From the NCBI GenBank assembly GCA_963797095.1, contig CAWCNY010000007.1, forward strand, positions 48,284 through 72,283: a stretch of 24,000 bases of DNA. Direction: 5' to 3'. A model generated the notes under the pieces. That model made no database searches and was not told the origin of the DNA. It saw only the letters and a program-made list of their open reading frames with translations. The stretch is from an uncultured Chloroflexia bacterium (GTDB lineage Bacteria > Chloroflexota > Chloroflexia > QHBQ01 > JADMIH01). The translations under genes were made by a program, and so were the position numbers. Of this stretch, positions 21,752 through 24,000 are shown piece after piece (position 1 is the stretch's first letter; every line of letters starts with the position of its first letter).

Positions 21752-22564
21752 ATGATGACCCGCTCAGTTCGTTCGCTTCTAATTACCGTCGCGGTCATAC
21801 AGGCTTTGATTGGAGTGGGATTTGCGTTGCAGATAGGGTTCATTACGCAAATCTGGCCAATGCCGAACACAGGGCCGCTGTCACTTACACTTATAGGCTC
21901 TTTCTTCGTAGCAGCCGCAGCGTCAACGCTCTGGAGCCTGTTTGCGGGTGAGACGGGTTCGCTGGCAGGCGTCTTTCTCGACTATGTCGTGATCTTCGTT
22001 CCTCTGGCGATTTATATGCTCCTGATCTCGGACGGCAACTGGGGTATCGTCTCGTTCGCGATCGCAGTAGCAATAGCAGCTGTATGTGGGGCAATGGGTC
22101 TATGGCAGACGCTTCTCTACCCGATCAAGGACCCGCGACCCCAACCCATGTTAGTGCGCATATCGTTCGTGATCTTTGTGGTGACGCTCATCTTCTTCGG
22201 TGGAGAGATGGTGCTGCAAGTGCCCAACATCCTGCCCTGGCAGGTATCGCCTGAAGGCTCAACGATCTATGGATTGATGTTCCTGGGTGCGGCAGCGTAT
22301 TTCATCTATGCGTTAGCGCGCCCAAGCTGGATGAACTCCGGCGGCCAACTGGCGGGTTTCCTGGCCTACGACCTGGTGCTGATCTTACCGTTCATCGGCC
22401 ATTTCCAGAAGGTAGAGGACCAACTCCTACCCAACCTGATCCTGTACGTGGTGGCGGTGGTCTACAGCGGGCTGCTGGGGATCTACTACCTGTTTGTAAA
22501 CAGGCAGACACGCATCCCGCTGACAGGAGACGGCGGGATGGCAGCCTCGGAGAGTGCCAGTTAG
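21752..22564 (+). CDS. Polytopic membrane protein of unknown function
   Basis: Roughly eight hydrophobic segments are visible, for example LLITVAVIQALIGVGFAL, LTLIGSFFVAAAASTLW and VVIFVPLAIYMLLI. I placed the start at ATG 21752, after GGAGG. Confidence 0.65.
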   Translation: MMTRSVRSLLITVAVIQALIGVGFALQIGFITQIWPMPNTGPLSLTLIGSFFVAAAASTLWSLFAGETGSLAGVFLDYVVIFVPLAIYMLLISDGNWGIVSFAIAVAIAAVCGAMGLWQTLLYPIKDPRPQPMLVRISFVIFVVTLIFFGGEMVLQVPNILPWQVSPEGSTIYGLMFLGAAAYFIYALARPSWMNSGGQLAGFLAYDLVLILPFIGHFQKVEDQLLPNLILYVVAVVYSGLLGIYYLFVNRQTRIPLTGDGGMAASESAS

Positions 22565-22570
22565 CCCCGG

Positions 22571-23971
22571 CTAGAGCTTGAGGTTTACCCCTTCTGCTGC
22601 GAGGGCTTCATTCACGATCCCCTTGATGCGCTCCAGGTCTTCCGCCGATTTGGTCGACTCGAACCTGTAGGTGATAGCAGGCTCGGTGTTGGAGGCGCGC
22701 ACTAAAGCCCAGCCGGTGGGGAAGACCACTCGCACGCCATCAATGGTGATCACCGGGTATTCCTTCTCGAAGTATTCGCGCAGCTTGTCGACCAGGGCGA
22801 ACTTCTTTTCCTCGCCCACTTCGGCGCGGCCTTCGGGGGTGTTCCAGTAGTGTGAAGCGTCGGCCAGCCTATCCTGAATGGTGGCTTCCGAGTCGCCTAT
22901 GGCTTCCAGGAGCTTTGCGCCCGCATATACACCGTCGTCGAAGTCGATAATCGGGTCGTCGAAGAACATGTGGCCTGAGAACTCGCCCGCGAAAGGCGCG
23001 CCCGTTTCGAGGCGCTTGGCGAAGACGTTGGTGTAGCCTGTGCGCCACATGACCGGCACGCCGCCGTGCGCCTCCACATCTTCCTTGAGGGCCAGCGAGC
23101 ACTTCACGTCGAAGATTATGTCTGAGCCGGGCTTGCGCTCCAACGCTTTGCGCGAGTAGAGGATCATGTACATGTCGGGCCACACAATAGACCCGTCGTC
23201 GGCGATCACCCCCAGGCGGTCGCCGTCGCCATCTATGCCTATGCCGACATCCGCGCCCTGCTTCTTGACCTCGGCGATCAGGTCCTGCACAAACTCCTCT
23301 TTGAGGGGGTTGGGTAGGTGGTGCGGGAAGTTGCCGTCCGGCTCGATGTAGATGCCGCTCACGTCGCAGCCTAATTCCTGGTAGATCTTCATGGCGGTGG
23401 GGCCTGTCGCGCCGTTGCCGGGGTCGATCACGACTTTGAGCGGGCGCTTGACTTTGACCGTATCAACAATGTACTTGATGTATTCATCGGTTACGGGGTG
23501 GTCGCTGAATTCACCATCCCCATCGTGGAAGCGGTTCTCCTGGATCAGGTGAAGCAGGTCCTGTATGTCGGCTGAGGTGAGCGGGGCGTTGAGGCCATCG
23601 GCTGTGCGTTTGCGGCACTTGAAGCCGTTATATTCGGCGGGATTGTGGGAGGCGGTGACCGCACAGCCGCCGTCCACGCCGAGGTACTTGACGGCGAAGT
23701 ACATAACAGGAGTAGGCACCATGCCTATGTTGATCACGTCCACGCCGGAATTGAGCAGGCCCTGGACGACGGCTTTCTGGAAGCGCGGGCCGGTTAGGCG
23801 GGCATCGTAGCCGCACACTACCTGGAAGTTTTCGCCGCGAACGGGCTTTATGCCCTCCTGGTTGTGAAGGAATGTGCCGTAGGCGCGGCCAAGGTTGTAA
23901 TAAACGTCCTCGTTGAGGTCCTGGTCTACGATGCCGCGTATGTCGTATTCGCGGAAGATGTGGGCGGGCAC
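22571..23971 (-). CDS. Phosphomannomutase / phosphoglucomutase (alpha-D-phosphohexomutase family)
   Basis: The active-site loop is TASHNPAEYNGFK, the metal-binding loop is GIGIDGDGDRLG, and the N-terminus is IFREYDIRG. The frame stays open to the window edge. I chose GTG 23971 because the family N-terminus starts just there. Confidence 0.85.
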   Translation of the reverse strand: MPAHIFREYDIRGIVDQDLNEDVYYNLGRAYGTFLHNQEGIKPVRGENFQVVCGYDARLTGPRFQKAVVQGLLNSGVDVINIGMVPTPVMYFAVKYLGVDGGCAVTASHNPAEYNGFKCRKRTADGLNAPLTSADIQDLLHLIQENRFHDGDGEFSDHPVTDEYIKYIVDTVKVKRPLKVVIDPGNGATGPTAMKIYQELGCDVSGIYIEPDGNFPHHLPNPLKEEFVQDLIAEVKKQGADVGIGIDGDGDRLGVIADDGSIVWPDMYMILYSRKALERKPGSDIIFDVKCSLALKEDVEAHGGVPVMWRTGYTNVFAKRLETGAPFAGEFSGHMFFDDPIIDFDDGVYAGAKLLEAIGDSEATIQDRLADASHYWNTPEGRAEVGEEKKFALVDKLREYFEKEYPVITIDGVRVVFPTGWALVRASNTEPAITYRFESTKSAEDLERIKGIVNEALAAEGVNLKL

Positions 23972-24000
23972 TTTGCTTGCGTTACCATCATGGTGGGTCA

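Overview
High-G+C bacterial chromosomal window. Gene content and repeat types look Chloroflexota-like, which I cannot verify without a search. I support about 21 protein genes:
- a partial secreted NHL-repeat protein that is missing from the ORF track
- an ECF sigma / anti-sigma pair
- a small helical protein and a FAD dehydrogenase
- a tyrosine-catabolism operon (hppD, FAH-family hydrolase, hmgA)
- a GrpB / M20 peptidase / four-helix-bundle / CoA-transferase operon
- a GH15-like / GT2 / GNAT operon
- a small hypothetical gene
- a tyrosine-specific T-box leader followed by tyrS
- an S58 peptidase, an ankyrin protein, a membrane protein and a phosphomannomutase/phosphoglucomutase

I saw no rRNA, tRNA, CRISPR array, transposase or integrase.

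The main thing ordinary annotation does not explain is a family of in-register heptanucleotide tandem arrays. The units are YCGGTAG, GTTCCTG/GTTCCAA, CGAGTGA, ACGCAGC, CGTGATA/CGTGAGA and GACGAAG. They sit exactly at gene boundaries, inside a riboswitch leader and inside one CDS. In two places they bracket small, visibly AT-richer genes.

The clearest case is an Avd / 23S-rRNA-IVS-family four-helix-bundle gene. It lies in the 499-nt loop of a perfect 30-bp inverted repeat made of heptamer arrays. That repeat also supplies the stop codon of the upstream gene and forms the N-terminal codons of the downstream gene.

All product calls rest on motifs I recognise by eye in the translations. No database search, HMM or RNA-folding computation was possible.
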